This document shows, one piece after another, positions 28,713-37,397 of a stretch of 64,000 bases of DNA; within the stretch, counting starts at the first letter, position 1, and every line of letters starts with the position of its first letter. The position numbers and the translations under genes are program-made. The stretch covers positions 288,843-352,842 of the forward strand of contig JABGUJ010000002.1 in the NCBI GenBank assembly GCA_018646625.1, read 5' to 3'. The notes beneath the pieces were generated by a model. The model searched no databases. It had not been told where the DNA came from and saw only the letters and a program-made list of their open reading frames with translations. This DNA comes from Candidatus Woesearchaeota archaeon. Its GTDB lineage: Archaea; Nanobdellota; Nanobdellia; Woesearchaeales; JABGUJ01.

Positions 28713-30107
28713 TTATTTATCAGAGTTGTACAAATATTTCATATAATCTGAGTTTTGAGAGCACCATCTGTTTAAAATACCTTTGCCAGCAAGTTTGATT
28801 AAAGGATGGCCAGGAACGTAGTTCGATACATCGGAGAATAATGAACGCATTGCGTTTGATCCTGTCTCGAACACAATATTAACGGCATCAGTTAATGCTT
28901 TCGTGCAAGAGTAGAAGTCTCTGAAGCTATCTATCATTCCTTGTTGAAGTTCGAAAGGAGTCATAAGTTTTGGTTCGAAAACTGCATGCATTCCATCATA
29001 GTACTGCCACATTCTATGTAAAAGTCTTTTTGAAGATTCCATATCAGCAAAAACTTCTGTACCAACTAACGGGGTTAATACCATGTATTGTACTGTGTCA
29101 ATATTAAAGTCATGACAAAAGTCAGAAGTGTATGAAAATACGCTTTTATCGTCTTTATCGCTACCGAACATAAACATACCATGAATATCAATGCCGTGGT
29201 CGTGAAAGATTTTGATTGACTGTTTAATATTATCTACATTCTGTGCTTTGTTTAGATGTTTCAAGGTCTCAGGATTTACAGACTCGAAACCCACATAAAC
29301 TTGATCACATCCTTGATCTGCCATCTTCGCAACAAGTTTTGGATCGTTGGTCACGTCAGTTCGCACTTGTGATGACCATTTGAAATCCAAACCTTGTTGT
29401 TTCATTTTTCTCAACAATTCGTATGTTCTGGTTTTATTTGCTGTAAAATTATCGTCATAGAAGAATACTTTCTTAGGATCGTGTGCTTCTAGTGTCTGCA
29501 CAACTCGGTCTGTGCTTAAGGTTCTGTATCCTCTTCCAAACATTTTAGTTACGGAACAGAATGTACAACCAAATGGACAACCACGTGATGTGATAACTGG
29601 TGTGCTCAATAGCTTTTTGTTGTTGGCCAACAATGAAAAGTCTGGAATAGGGACTTCATCTAATTTTTCTAATAAAGATGTTTTGACTATTTTGTCTTTG
29701 ATTTTTCCTTCAATAACATCCACAATAACTTTCTCTCCTTCTCCAACAATAATCTGATCTGCAAATTTAAGCGCCTCTTGATTCATAAACGTAACATGTA
29801 TTCCACCCATAATCACTTTTCGATTTGGATGCTTTGCTTTGAACATCATCGCAAGTTCATATGCTCGAGGAATTGTAGATGATAATCCAGTGAGACAAAG
29901 GATGTCCGCATCAAGATCATTAAGTGCAAGTTGTCGACCTAACATATGTTCATTAATAACTTGAACATCGTGTCCTCTTTCTTTCAGAATTGTCGCAAGA
30001 TATATTGGACCCATTAATGGAAGATTCATAGATCTACTAAATACATTTGTTTTTCCTAAAGCTTCTACAAAAAGTACTTTTTTTCTCTGTAATTGTTTTG
30101 TTTTCAT
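28713..30107 (-). CDS. Cobalamin-binding radical SAM protein
   Basis: LATIL..GH.V, GGIHVT, GEGE, TSRGCPFGCTFC, FYDDNF, VGFES. Confidence 0.92.
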   Translation of the reverse strand: MKTKQLQRKKVLFVEALGKTNVFSRSMNLPLMGPIYLATILKERGHDVQVINEHMLGRQLALNDLDADILCLTGLSSTIPRAYELAMMFKAKHPNRKVIMGGIHVTFMNQEALKFADQIIVGEGEKVIVDVIEGKIKDKIVKTSLLEKLDEVPIPDFSLLANNKKLLSTPVITSRGCPFGCTFCSVTKMFGRGYRTLSTDRVVQTLEAHDPKKVFFYDDNFTANKTRTYELLRKMKQQGLDFKWSSQVRTDVTNDPKLVAKMADQGCDQVYVGFESVNPETLKHLNKAQNVDNIKQSIKIFHDHGIDIHGMFMFGSDKDDKSVFSYTSDFCHDFNIDTVQYMVLTPLVGTEVFADMESSKRLLHRMWQYYDGMHAVFEPKLMTPFELQQGMIDSFRDFYSCTKALTDAVNIVFETGSNAMRSLFSDVSNYVPGHPLIKLAGKGILNRWCSQNSDYMKYLYNSDK

Positions 30108-30580
30108 TTACTGTCATACCTCTTTAATGTGAAAAGACTGGCACCAAAAAGTATCAATGATACTGGCCATAGTTTTGATGAAAGTGAAAATACTAACATG
30201 AATGTTGCACAAAGAATCGCCAACATTAGTCCTACAAATAATATTACTCGGTGTCTCTTAAAAAAATATGAGACTAGTAAAGAAGATCCACCAAAGCCAA
30301 TGAATAGTGGCCACAAGTATGCTAAAGAATACCAACTTGTGAAATTACAATAGAAAAATAATATGCTAGCTTGCATTATGTAAGATCCAATTGCAATAAA
30401 TGCAATATTCTTTCTCCTTCTGTTGTTATACAACATAAGAAAGCCACCACCAAGAAATAATGGAAGAAATGGCCAGAATTTGTATACTCCAGGAATCACT
30501 CCGAAATTATCTAGTAAAAGTAATAATCCTAAGAAGATAACCAGAATTGAGAATGGATAAATGCTGTTACGCGTTGTCAT
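30104..30580 (-). CDS. Small polytopic membrane protein (LiaF/LiaI-like repeats)
   Basis: Three KFWP/YLWP/KLWP..LI..G repeats. Confidence 0.65.
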   Translation of the reverse strand: MTTRNSIYPFSILVIFLGLLLLLDNFGVIPGVYKFWPFLPLFLGGGFLMLYNNRRRKNIAFIAIGSYIMQASILFFYCNFTSWYSLAYLWPLFIGFGGSSLLVSYFFKRHRVILFVGLMLAILCATFMLVFSLSSKLWPVSLILFGASLFTLKRYDSK

Positions 30581-30660
30581 GATGTATTTGTCCTGGGCGT
30601 ATTTAAAAAGCTGTTGGTATGTGGTCGAGAAATGAGAAGAAAAAGAAAAAAAGAAAAAAA

Positions 30661-31776
30661 TTAAATTGTCACCATAGCTCCATGTTGAACTGTTTTAGCA
30701 ACATATTCTTTGATGAATCCACCTTTGCCATCGCTAACAAGAGTTCCAGACACACCTTCGAAAACCGTTACTTCGCTTAGATACTTTTGAAGTACTTTAG
30801 TATCTGTGCTTCCTGTTTCTCTCATCGCTTTAGCAAGTAGCATCACAGCATCGTATGCAGAGTCACCACCAATTTGTACAGGTGTTTTGAATTTCTCAAC
30901 ATATTTTGCTTCAAAGTCCTCGCTCGGAGTTAGGAATGTTAAGAATTCCATTCCTTCGTATGCGCCTTGTGCTGCTCCTAAAGTATCATCATCTACACTT
31001 AATGAATACATCGGAACATCGATCTCAAGTTCTCTTACTTGTTTACCTACTAGAGCACCAACCATCATACATCCACCAGATGTAGATACAATTGCATCTA
31101 AATCTTTTTGAGCTTTGATCTTAACTGCGTCAGCGTATGGATCTTTGTCTGCAGGATCAGGTTCTACATTTAGTACAACTTCCCCTCCAAGTTCTTCAAA
31201 ACGATCTTGGAAAGCAGATGTTTGATCTTTAACCCAAACGTTTTGCGCTCCTATGATGGCTACCTTTCTATGACCTTTTTTAAACACATAGTCTGCAAGA
31301 TCTTTTGAAAGATATGAATCATGAGGCCATGTGTTAAAAATAAATTCACTGGCTTCGTTAAAGTCCTTCACTCCTAATGATGGAGATATCATAAGAACTT
31401 CTTTTTCATCAGCAAGATCAACTAATGGTAATCCTGTGTGGGACCAAGTTGTTCCAATGATGATGTCAACTTTGTTAACGTCAGTTAACTTTCGAAATGC
31501 GCTCAATGCTTTTTTTGGATCGCTTTGATCATCTTCATGAATCACTTCCAAAAGTTTTCCGTTAATTCCACCTTGTGTGTTTATTTCTTCTACAGCCATG
31601 TCAATACTGTTTCTTGAAGCGATACCCCAAGATGCACCATCACCAGTTAGTATGAGAATACTTCCTATTCTGATGGATTCTGGCTCAACGACTTTGCCGC
31701 TGATATTTTGTGTGCTACATCCAGCTATAATGACTAGCATGAATATAGCTACTGCTACTTTGTATACTTGTTTCAT
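30661..31776 (-). CDS. LivJ/LivK-type ABC substrate-binding lipoprotein (cassette 4)
   Basis: Lipobox IAGC; IRIG....TG..ASWG, INT.GGING, EDDQSDP, AYDA; start ATG 31776. Confidence 0.9.
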   Translation of the reverse strand: MKQVYKVAVAIFMLVIIAGCSTQNISGKVVEPESIRIGSILILTGDGASWGIASRNSIDMAVEEINTQGGINGKLLEVIHEDDQSDPKKALSAFRKLTDVNKVDIIIGTTWSHTGLPLVDLADEKEVLMISPSLGVKDFNEASEFIFNTWPHDSYLSKDLADYVFKKGHRKVAIIGAQNVWVKDQTSAFQDRFEELGGEVVLNVEPDPADKDPYADAVKIKAQKDLDAIVSTSGGCMMVGALVGKQVRELEIDVPMYSLSVDDDTLGAAQGAYEGMEFLTFLTPSEDFEAKYVEKFKTPVQIGGDSAYDAVMLLAKAMRETGSTDTKVLQKYLSEVTVFEGVSGTLVSDGKGGFIKEYVAKTVQHGAMVTI

Positions 31777-31797
31777 TTTTGCCAACCTCCTTTTTAA

Positions 31798-32070
31798 TTA
31801 CTTAAAAAATTCATCCAATGTTTTAGGATCGCTACATCTTTGTGGAGAACAGCTTGTTACTGTTTTATCGTCCCCATCAATGATATGAGTTATGCCACCG
31901 CTAAGTCTTATTGTTGCAGTGTTTTTATTTTGGTAATTATCTTTACATTGCTGTAATTGTGTTTGCGCTTCAGCAATTTTTGTTTCGTAATGTTTGTTTA
32001 GGAAGTAACCGCCAATTCCTAAAACAACCGTGAAAACGGGAATTGTAATTTTGTTCAAATAATTCTTCAT
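31798..32070 (-). CDS. Small hypothetical membrane-anchored protein inside cassette 4
   Basis: MKNYL... one TM helix, three Cys; lies between the TrmB promoter region and the binding-protein gene. Confidence 0.55.
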   Translation of the reverse strand: MKNYLNKITIPVFTVVLGIGGYFLNKHYETKIAEAQTQLQQCKDNYQNKNTATIRLSGGITHIIDGDDKTVTSCSPQRCSDPKTLDEFFK

Positions 32071-32187
32071 CTTAGCACCCAACCTTTTTGTTATTATCAA
32101 TAAGTGGCAACAAGTATATAAACATTAGTTCTCCATTTTCGGAGGATAAACGGAAGATTAATATAGTTCAAAGCATTTAACAAGAGC

Positions 32188-32910
32188 ATGAATGTGAAGA
32201 TACTCGAGGATATAGGCCTTACAAATGCCGAAATCAAGATATATTTGGCTTTATTAGAGCTCGGCACAAGCACCGCAGGGCCCATCCTAGACAAGACGGG
32301 GTTGCAAAATTCAGTAGTCCATATGACCTTGAATAAGCTCATAGAGAAAGGGCTGGTTTCTTTTGTCAAAGAAGGTCAAAGAAGACATTATCAAGCAGCA
32401 AACCCAAATCATATTATTGAATTCATTAATGAAAAAAAGGAAAGGTTTCAAAGTATTCTCCCAGAGTTATTGGTAAAACAACAAACAGCTAAAGCAAAAC
32501 CTGAAGTTGTAACGTTCAGAGGAATAAAAGGAGTAAAAGAATTGTTGTTAGAGTTGTTAGAAGCAGGAGGTAAGGACCATCATACATTCGGTTCAACAGA
32601 AAGATCATTAATGTTGGGAGAAGAATGGTGGATAAACTATCATAAAAAAAGAGCAGAGAAAGGGATCTTTGCAAGATTGATGTTTAACGAATCTCTTTCA
32701 TCTTGGAAAGCAGAAGTAAAGTATCCTAAAGCAGAAGTGCGTTATACTAAAGCAGGATTTGAACCACTGACAGAAACAATAATTAGAAATGACAAGATAG
32801 GAATGATAATTTGGTTAGATAAACCAATTGGTGTATTGATACATAATATCTCAGCAGCAGAAAGTTATGATAGTTTCTTTAACATGATGTGGAAGAATTC
32901 ATTTAGTTAA
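32188..32910 (+). CDS. TrmB-family transcriptional regulator (cassette 4)
   Basis: LEDIGLT.AEI.IYLALLELG, LQNSVVH; close paralog of the cassette 3 regulator. Confidence 0.88.
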   Translation: MNVKILEDIGLTNAEIKIYLALLELGTSTAGPILDKTGLQNSVVHMTLNKLIEKGLVSFVKEGQRRHYQAANPNHIIEFINEKKERFQSILPELLVKQQTAKAKPEVVTFRGIKGVKELLLELLEAGGKDHHTFGSTERSLMLGEEWWINYHKKRAEKGIFARLMFNESLSSWKAEVKYPKAEVRYTKAGFEPLTETIIRNDKIGMIIWLDKPIGVLIHNISAAESYDSFFNMMWKNSFS

Positions 32911-33663
32911 TTTCTTACTTAGTTTCCAGAATTCGTCGAAGTATTCTCTAAACGATCGCGTTATGTCATCGCTGACGATCTCTACCGCAATAGGATTAAT
33001 TGATTGAATCATTATTAAGGTTGCATTTTTGTACATAAAGAAAAGTGCCGGCGTGACAACATCTATCGGCATGTATCTTGAATCGCAACCTTCAAACGAA
33101 TTTCGGTTCTTTAAAATTTTGATATCAGTATCTTTATTGAAAAGAAGTTTACACTTCAAACCTTCTTCAATTCGTCTCAAATGATCTTTTTGCCAGTATA
33201 TGTGTTGCTCATCTGGTTGTTCTGCAGGTATGCCCAGACAGTAATATTCGTCTCCGCGTTTTAAAGACAAATATAGATGCTCATGCGCAGTTCTAATACC
33301 TTTGAACCCTTGATATACTTTCACGCTTTGAACCTCACTCGATTCATTATGAAAGGATTCTAGTTGAGGTAAGAAGTTTTCAAAATCTCTTTTTAATTCC
33401 TTCAAATTGTTTTCTTTAGCAGTAATGTAATCTTTTATTCTTGAAGGCTCAACAGCTTGAAAATAAGTCACACCGTTTTGTTTAACATGAGATGCTAAAC
33501 CTTTTTTTTCAAGCTTGTCTAAGATGCTGTACAGTTTTGATCTAGACACTTGCGACTCTTTTGCAATTGGACCGGTGGAGCTTGAGCCAAGTCTTAGAAG
33601 TGCTAAATATGCTTTGATTTCTCCTGGCGTTAATCCGAGCTCTTCCAATATCTTCGTGTTCAT
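32899..33663 (-). CDS. TrmB-family transcriptional regulator (cassette 5)
   Basis: LEELGLT.GEI..YLALL.LG, SRSKLY.IL..LE.KGL; same helix type as the cassette 2 regulator. Confidence 0.88.
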   Translation of the reverse strand: MNTKILEELGLTPGEIKAYLALLRLGSSSTGPIAKESQVSRSKLYSILDKLEKKGLASHVKQNGVTYFQAVEPSRIKDYITAKENNLKELKRDFENFLPQLESFHNESSEVQSVKVYQGFKGIRTAHEHLYLSLKRGDEYYCLGIPAEQPDEQHIYWQKDHLRRIEEGLKCKLLFNKDTDIKILKNRNSFEGCDSRYMPIDVVTPALFFMYKNATLIMIQSINPIAVEIVSDDITRSFREYFDEFWKLSKKLTK

Positions 33664-33795
33664 AATTATAGTGATAGAGGGGTTCTATTTAAGTATTTGT
33701 ATTTTGTGTCCCACAAAGGGGAACACAGGATTTATATATTGTTCGTCACTCATTTGTTGTAACAAATAAACTAGATTTGTTGGAGAGGTTGAAAA

Positions 33796-34911
33796 ATGAG
33801 TGATGAATTCAAGATAGCGGTAGCCACGTTACTTTGTTTGATGGTTGTGTTTGCGGGTTGTAGCGAACAAACAATAACGGGTGAAGCGGTAAAAGAAGAA
33901 ACTATCAAAATCGGTGCGATCCTCATGTTAACTGGGCCAGTTGGCACTAGTTGGGGAGAATATTCACTGAAAGGAATAGAGTTAGCAATAAAAGAGATTA
34001 ATGCAAACGGAGGTATTAATGGAAAACAAGTTGAGCTAATAGTTGAAGATAACAGAGGCGATAATCCCAAGGTTGCGATAAGTGCATTTCATAAGTTAGT
34101 GAATGAGGATAAAGTTTCATTAATAATCGGACCAAATTGGTCGCCGTCCGGATTAGCATTAGCACCATTAGCTGATGAGACGAAAATTGTGATGGTTTCC
34201 CCATCATTAGGTGTTGCTGATTTCAACGAACATAGCGATTACATATTCAACCTTTGGCCTCATGACGTTAGCATAACCGATGAGCTCGCCAGACACGTTT
34301 ATGATAAAGGTTATAGAAGAGTTGCAGTTCTTGGTTCCTTACAAGTATGGGAGATGCAACAGGCGGAAAGATTTAAGAAAACTTTTGAAGAGATTGGGGG
34401 CGAAGTTGTAAGTTTTCAACTACCTAATCCAGAAGACAGAGAGTTGAGAGCGGAAGCTGCCAAGATAAAAGCAAGTGACGCAGAAGCAGTTGTGTTTACC
34501 AATATGGGAAAAGAAGGTCTGAGTGCCAAAAGAATAAGAGAATCGGATGTTAAGATTCCATTCTTTTCTATACTTTTAGATGATGAACAGCTAAGAGCTT
34601 CCGAAGGTGCATTGGAAGATACGGTGATAGTTACTTCATTTACCCCCATAGATAGTTTTGTTCGAAAATTTAAGGAAGAGTATAGCAAAGAGCCGTTGAC
34701 TACTGCAGACACTTCGTACGACTCAGTTGTGTTACTGTCAGAAGCAATCAAAGCAGTAGGTTCCGATGACGCCACACTCATAGCAGAGCATATTAATTCA
34801 CTAAGAACCTACAGCGGTGCTTCTGGCGATCTTATTTTTGATGGAAAGGGCGGAGTTAACAAACCGTTTTCATTAAGGCAAGTACAGAATGGAGTCGTAA
34901 CGGATATTTAA
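33796..34911 (+). CDS. LivJ/LivK-type ABC substrate-binding lipoprotein (cassette 5)
   Basis: Lipobox FAGC; IKIGAILMLTG, INANGGING, SPSLGV.DFNE.S..IFN.WPHD shared with the cassette 4 protein. Confidence 0.9.
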   Translation: MSDEFKIAVATLLCLMVVFAGCSEQTITGEAVKEETIKIGAILMLTGPVGTSWGEYSLKGIELAIKEINANGGINGKQVELIVEDNRGDNPKVAISAFHKLVNEDKVSLIIGPNWSPSGLALAPLADETKIVMVSPSLGVADFNEHSDYIFNLWPHDVSITDELARHVYDKGYRRVAVLGSLQVWEMQQAERFKKTFEEIGGEVVSFQLPNPEDRELRAEAAKIKASDAEAVVFTNMGKEGLSAKRIRESDVKIPFFSILLDDEQLRASEGALEDTVIVTSFTPIDSFVRKFKEEYSKEPLTTADTSYDSVVLLSEAIKAVGSDDATLIAEHINSLRTYSGASGDLIFDGKGGVNKPFSLRQVQNGVVTDI

Positions 34912-34913
34912 TT

Positions 34914-35852
34914 TTATTTTTTCTTTTTAATTTTAGAAACAAAAAAACCTTCAGTGTCATTATCTTGAGGCCAAATTCTTAAACACTTTTTGACGTCAGG
35001 ATGATAAGTGTCTTTTCCAAATTCTGTTACACAAGGACTACGATTAATATTTAGTTTAATATCTTCAAGTTTTGCATTATCGTTATTGTTTAGAAGAAAA
35101 GAAACAGTTCCTTCGTTCTCTATAGGTTCTAGAGTACAAGTAGAGTATACCATTGTCCCTCCAGGTTTAAGAATGTCGAAAGCAGTTTGTATTAATTGAC
35201 GCTGCGTACCTGCAATACGTTTAACCATATTAAGATTCCACATGTTAATGGTCTTAATGGATTTTCTGATAGTTCCAATTCCGGAACAAGGAGCATCAAC
35301 TAGAATTCTATCAAATTCTTGATCTTTAAAGAAACGTCCTGCGGTCTTTGATACTACAACATTAGATGCACCCATACGTTGTACATTAACGTTTAATGAT
35401 TTTAGCCTCCCACCTTCAACATCGTTTCCGACAACCACGCCAGTGTTGTTCATGTATTGTGCAATCTGTGTAGTTTTAGAACCAGGGGCTGCACACATGT
35501 CAAGCACAGTTTCATGTTCTTGAGGTGCGAGAACAACGGGAGGAATCATAGATGCAGATTCTTGAACATAAATATAACCAAGAACATGTTCTGCAAGATT
35601 ACCTATGTCTCTTCTCTCGCCAGAGATCCAAAAACCTTCTTTACACCAAGGTACTTGGGTAAGAGTCCATTTATCTTCTAATCGTTTTTTAAGTTCAGGA
35701 ATAGATATCTTTAGAGTGTTAACTCGAATACTTTTTCTTAAAAATGCTAGAGAGTATTTTTTGAATTCATCAAAGTCGGTTAATTTAGAATAGTGTTCTA
35801 CAAACTTTGGTTTGAACTTAATATCGCCCGCATTAGGCATGATTTCTAACAT
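34914..35852 (-). CDS. RNA (cytosine-C5)-methyltransferase, NOL1/NOP2/Sun family
   Basis: QE.ASM.P, LDMCAAPGSKT, DRILVDAPCSG, VYSTCT. Confidence 0.93.
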   Translation of the reverse strand: MLEIMPNAGDIKFKPKFVEHYSKLTDFDEFKKYSLAFLRKSIRVNTLKISIPELKKRLEDKWTLTQVPWCKEGFWISGERRDIGNLAEHVLGYIYVQESASMIPPVVLAPQEHETVLDMCAAPGSKTTQIAQYMNNTGVVVGNDVEGGRLKSLNVNVQRMGASNVVVSKTAGRFFKDQEFDRILVDAPCSGIGTIRKSIKTINMWNLNMVKRIAGTQRQLIQTAFDILKPGGTMVYSTCTLEPIENEGTVSFLLNNNDNAKLEDIKLNINRSPCVTEFGKDTYHPDVKKCLRIWPQDNDTEGFFVSKIKKKK

Positions 35853-35906
35853 AGATTGTGATTAGAAGTGATCATTAATAAATTCTTTTGAGAAATGACG
35901 ATTAAA

Positions 35907-36788
35907 TTACCGTTCTGCGGCCAACAAAGCGCCTGCACCAAGTGTACAAATAATACTACTGTCTCCTTGAGATCCACCACGATGCCTCATAGTTCGTTCG
36001 TGCTTACTAGCTCTACTAACATAGCCAACTCTACCTCTCACCGCATCTAAGTGTCTCGGTAAGGCTTCGATTGCATCTTCCAAGAATGAATCAGCTAACT
36101 TGAGACCACTGCCGTCCTGGTGAATTTCACCTAATCTTCTAAATAAGTCAACTGCGGCTTCAGCCCTAGGTTGAGCTTGCGAGGTTGCAAGTGAATAAAG
36201 AGTTCGAGACACAGTTAATAATTCGTCAGCAGTCGGAGCATAATCGTCCCCGGGTCTGTGATATACTCTATAGAATATTCTTGCTTTCATTTCTTCAGGT
36301 CTGTTTGGTTTAACAGGTTCAGATAAAAAAGAGTCCATATCAGAACTACATCTTGCGGCCTCTGCAGCAGCTTCAACAAGATAAGGAACAACATTCACTC
36401 CGTGTTCGAACATATCTCCTGCCAGTTCATAAAAAGGAATTATACGAGAACCAAATAAATCAAACAATTCTCTAGTTTCAGTAGCAGAACGTATGCCACC
36501 TGCGATTAGTCCGCTATTTCTTAATTCTAATTCAAGTTTAGAAAAATCATCAGGATCATAAAGAACTCTTTTTGCCTGAGTTTGAAACTCTCCAATATCA
36601 AAAGAAATGGCCCTTCTTAGTCTACATAGTACTCCTGCAAGATATGAGTTATTCAAACCTACAGGCTCAATCGCATCAGCGATTTCTCCAGTGATTTCAA
36701 GAATCCGCGGTTTCAGGCCTTTGGCTTCTAACTCTGCCAGCCTTCCAGCCCTAACAATATATCTACCTAGTCCATCTTCCCCTGACAT
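35907..36788 (-). CDS. Hypothetical protein
   Basis: 293-aa ORF, no recognised motif. Confidence 0.6.
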   Translation of the reverse strand: MSGEDGLGRYIVRAGRLAELEAKGLKPRILEITGEIADAIEPVGLNNSYLAGVLCRLRRAISFDIGEFQTQAKRVLYDPDDFSKLELELRNSGLIAGGIRSATETRELFDLFGSRIIPFYELAGDMFEHGVNVVPYLVEAAAEAARCSSDMDSFLSEPVKPNRPEEMKARIFYRVYHRPGDDYAPTADELLTVSRTLYSLATSQAQPRAEAAVDLFRRLGEIHQDGSGLKLADSFLEDAIEALPRHLDAVRGRVGYVSRASKHERTMRHRGGSQGDSSIICTLGAGALLAAER

Positions 36789-36863
36789 AATAAGAAAAGT
36801 TCAGTAATCATATAAAAAGCTTGCGAATGTGTGATTGATTGGAATATGTAAACTACAACGCAG

Positions 36864-37397
36864 CTAATTAGTATATTCGACAATTGGGATTTGATTTTGC
36901 CAGAACTTTTGTCCTTTATTAAGAATGGATGGTTGAAAGATCTCATTATGGATGTAAAGTTTGCCGGAAAGTTCATTTTTCAGCTTTGTTTCAAACTCTT
37001 TTGAGAAACTTTGATCAGGGTTAATGAAAATTACATTGTATTTTGATAAATCCATTTCTGTAAAGTCAGAGTTTCCAAAATTGCAGTTTATGTTCAACTC
37101 ATTTTTGACTCTGTTGCTCATCTCAATCAATTCAGGGTCACTTTCAACTCCTAAAGCAGTTGTAAATAATGAAGCAACCATAACAACCCTGCCATCTCCT
37201 GATCCCAAATCTAAAAAAGAATCAGCATCTTGTAAGTTTATCTTCTTAAAGAATTCAAAGACGTTTTTACAGTTTGCAGTACCATATATTCCTTTATTAG
37301 TATCCCAATAAAGTGCACCACGTTCTTTTCTTAACTGTTTATCAAAATCTTCAAAGTAAGAATCAATCTTTTTGAATATATCAACATCGATGATCAT
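36864..37397 (-). CDS. Small class I SAM methyltransferase
   Basis: FLDLGSGDGRVV, GVE.D..L, IFINPD; overlaps the Elp3 stop. Confidence 0.75.
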   Translation of the reverse strand: MIIDVDIFKKIDSYFEDFDKQLRKERGALYWDTNKGIYGTANCKNVFEFFKKINLQDADSFLDLGSGDGRVVMVASLFTTALGVESDPELIEMSNRVKNELNINCNFGNSDFTEMDLSKYNVIFINPDQSFSKEFETKLKNELSGKLYIHNEIFQPSILNKGQKFWQNQIPIVEYTN

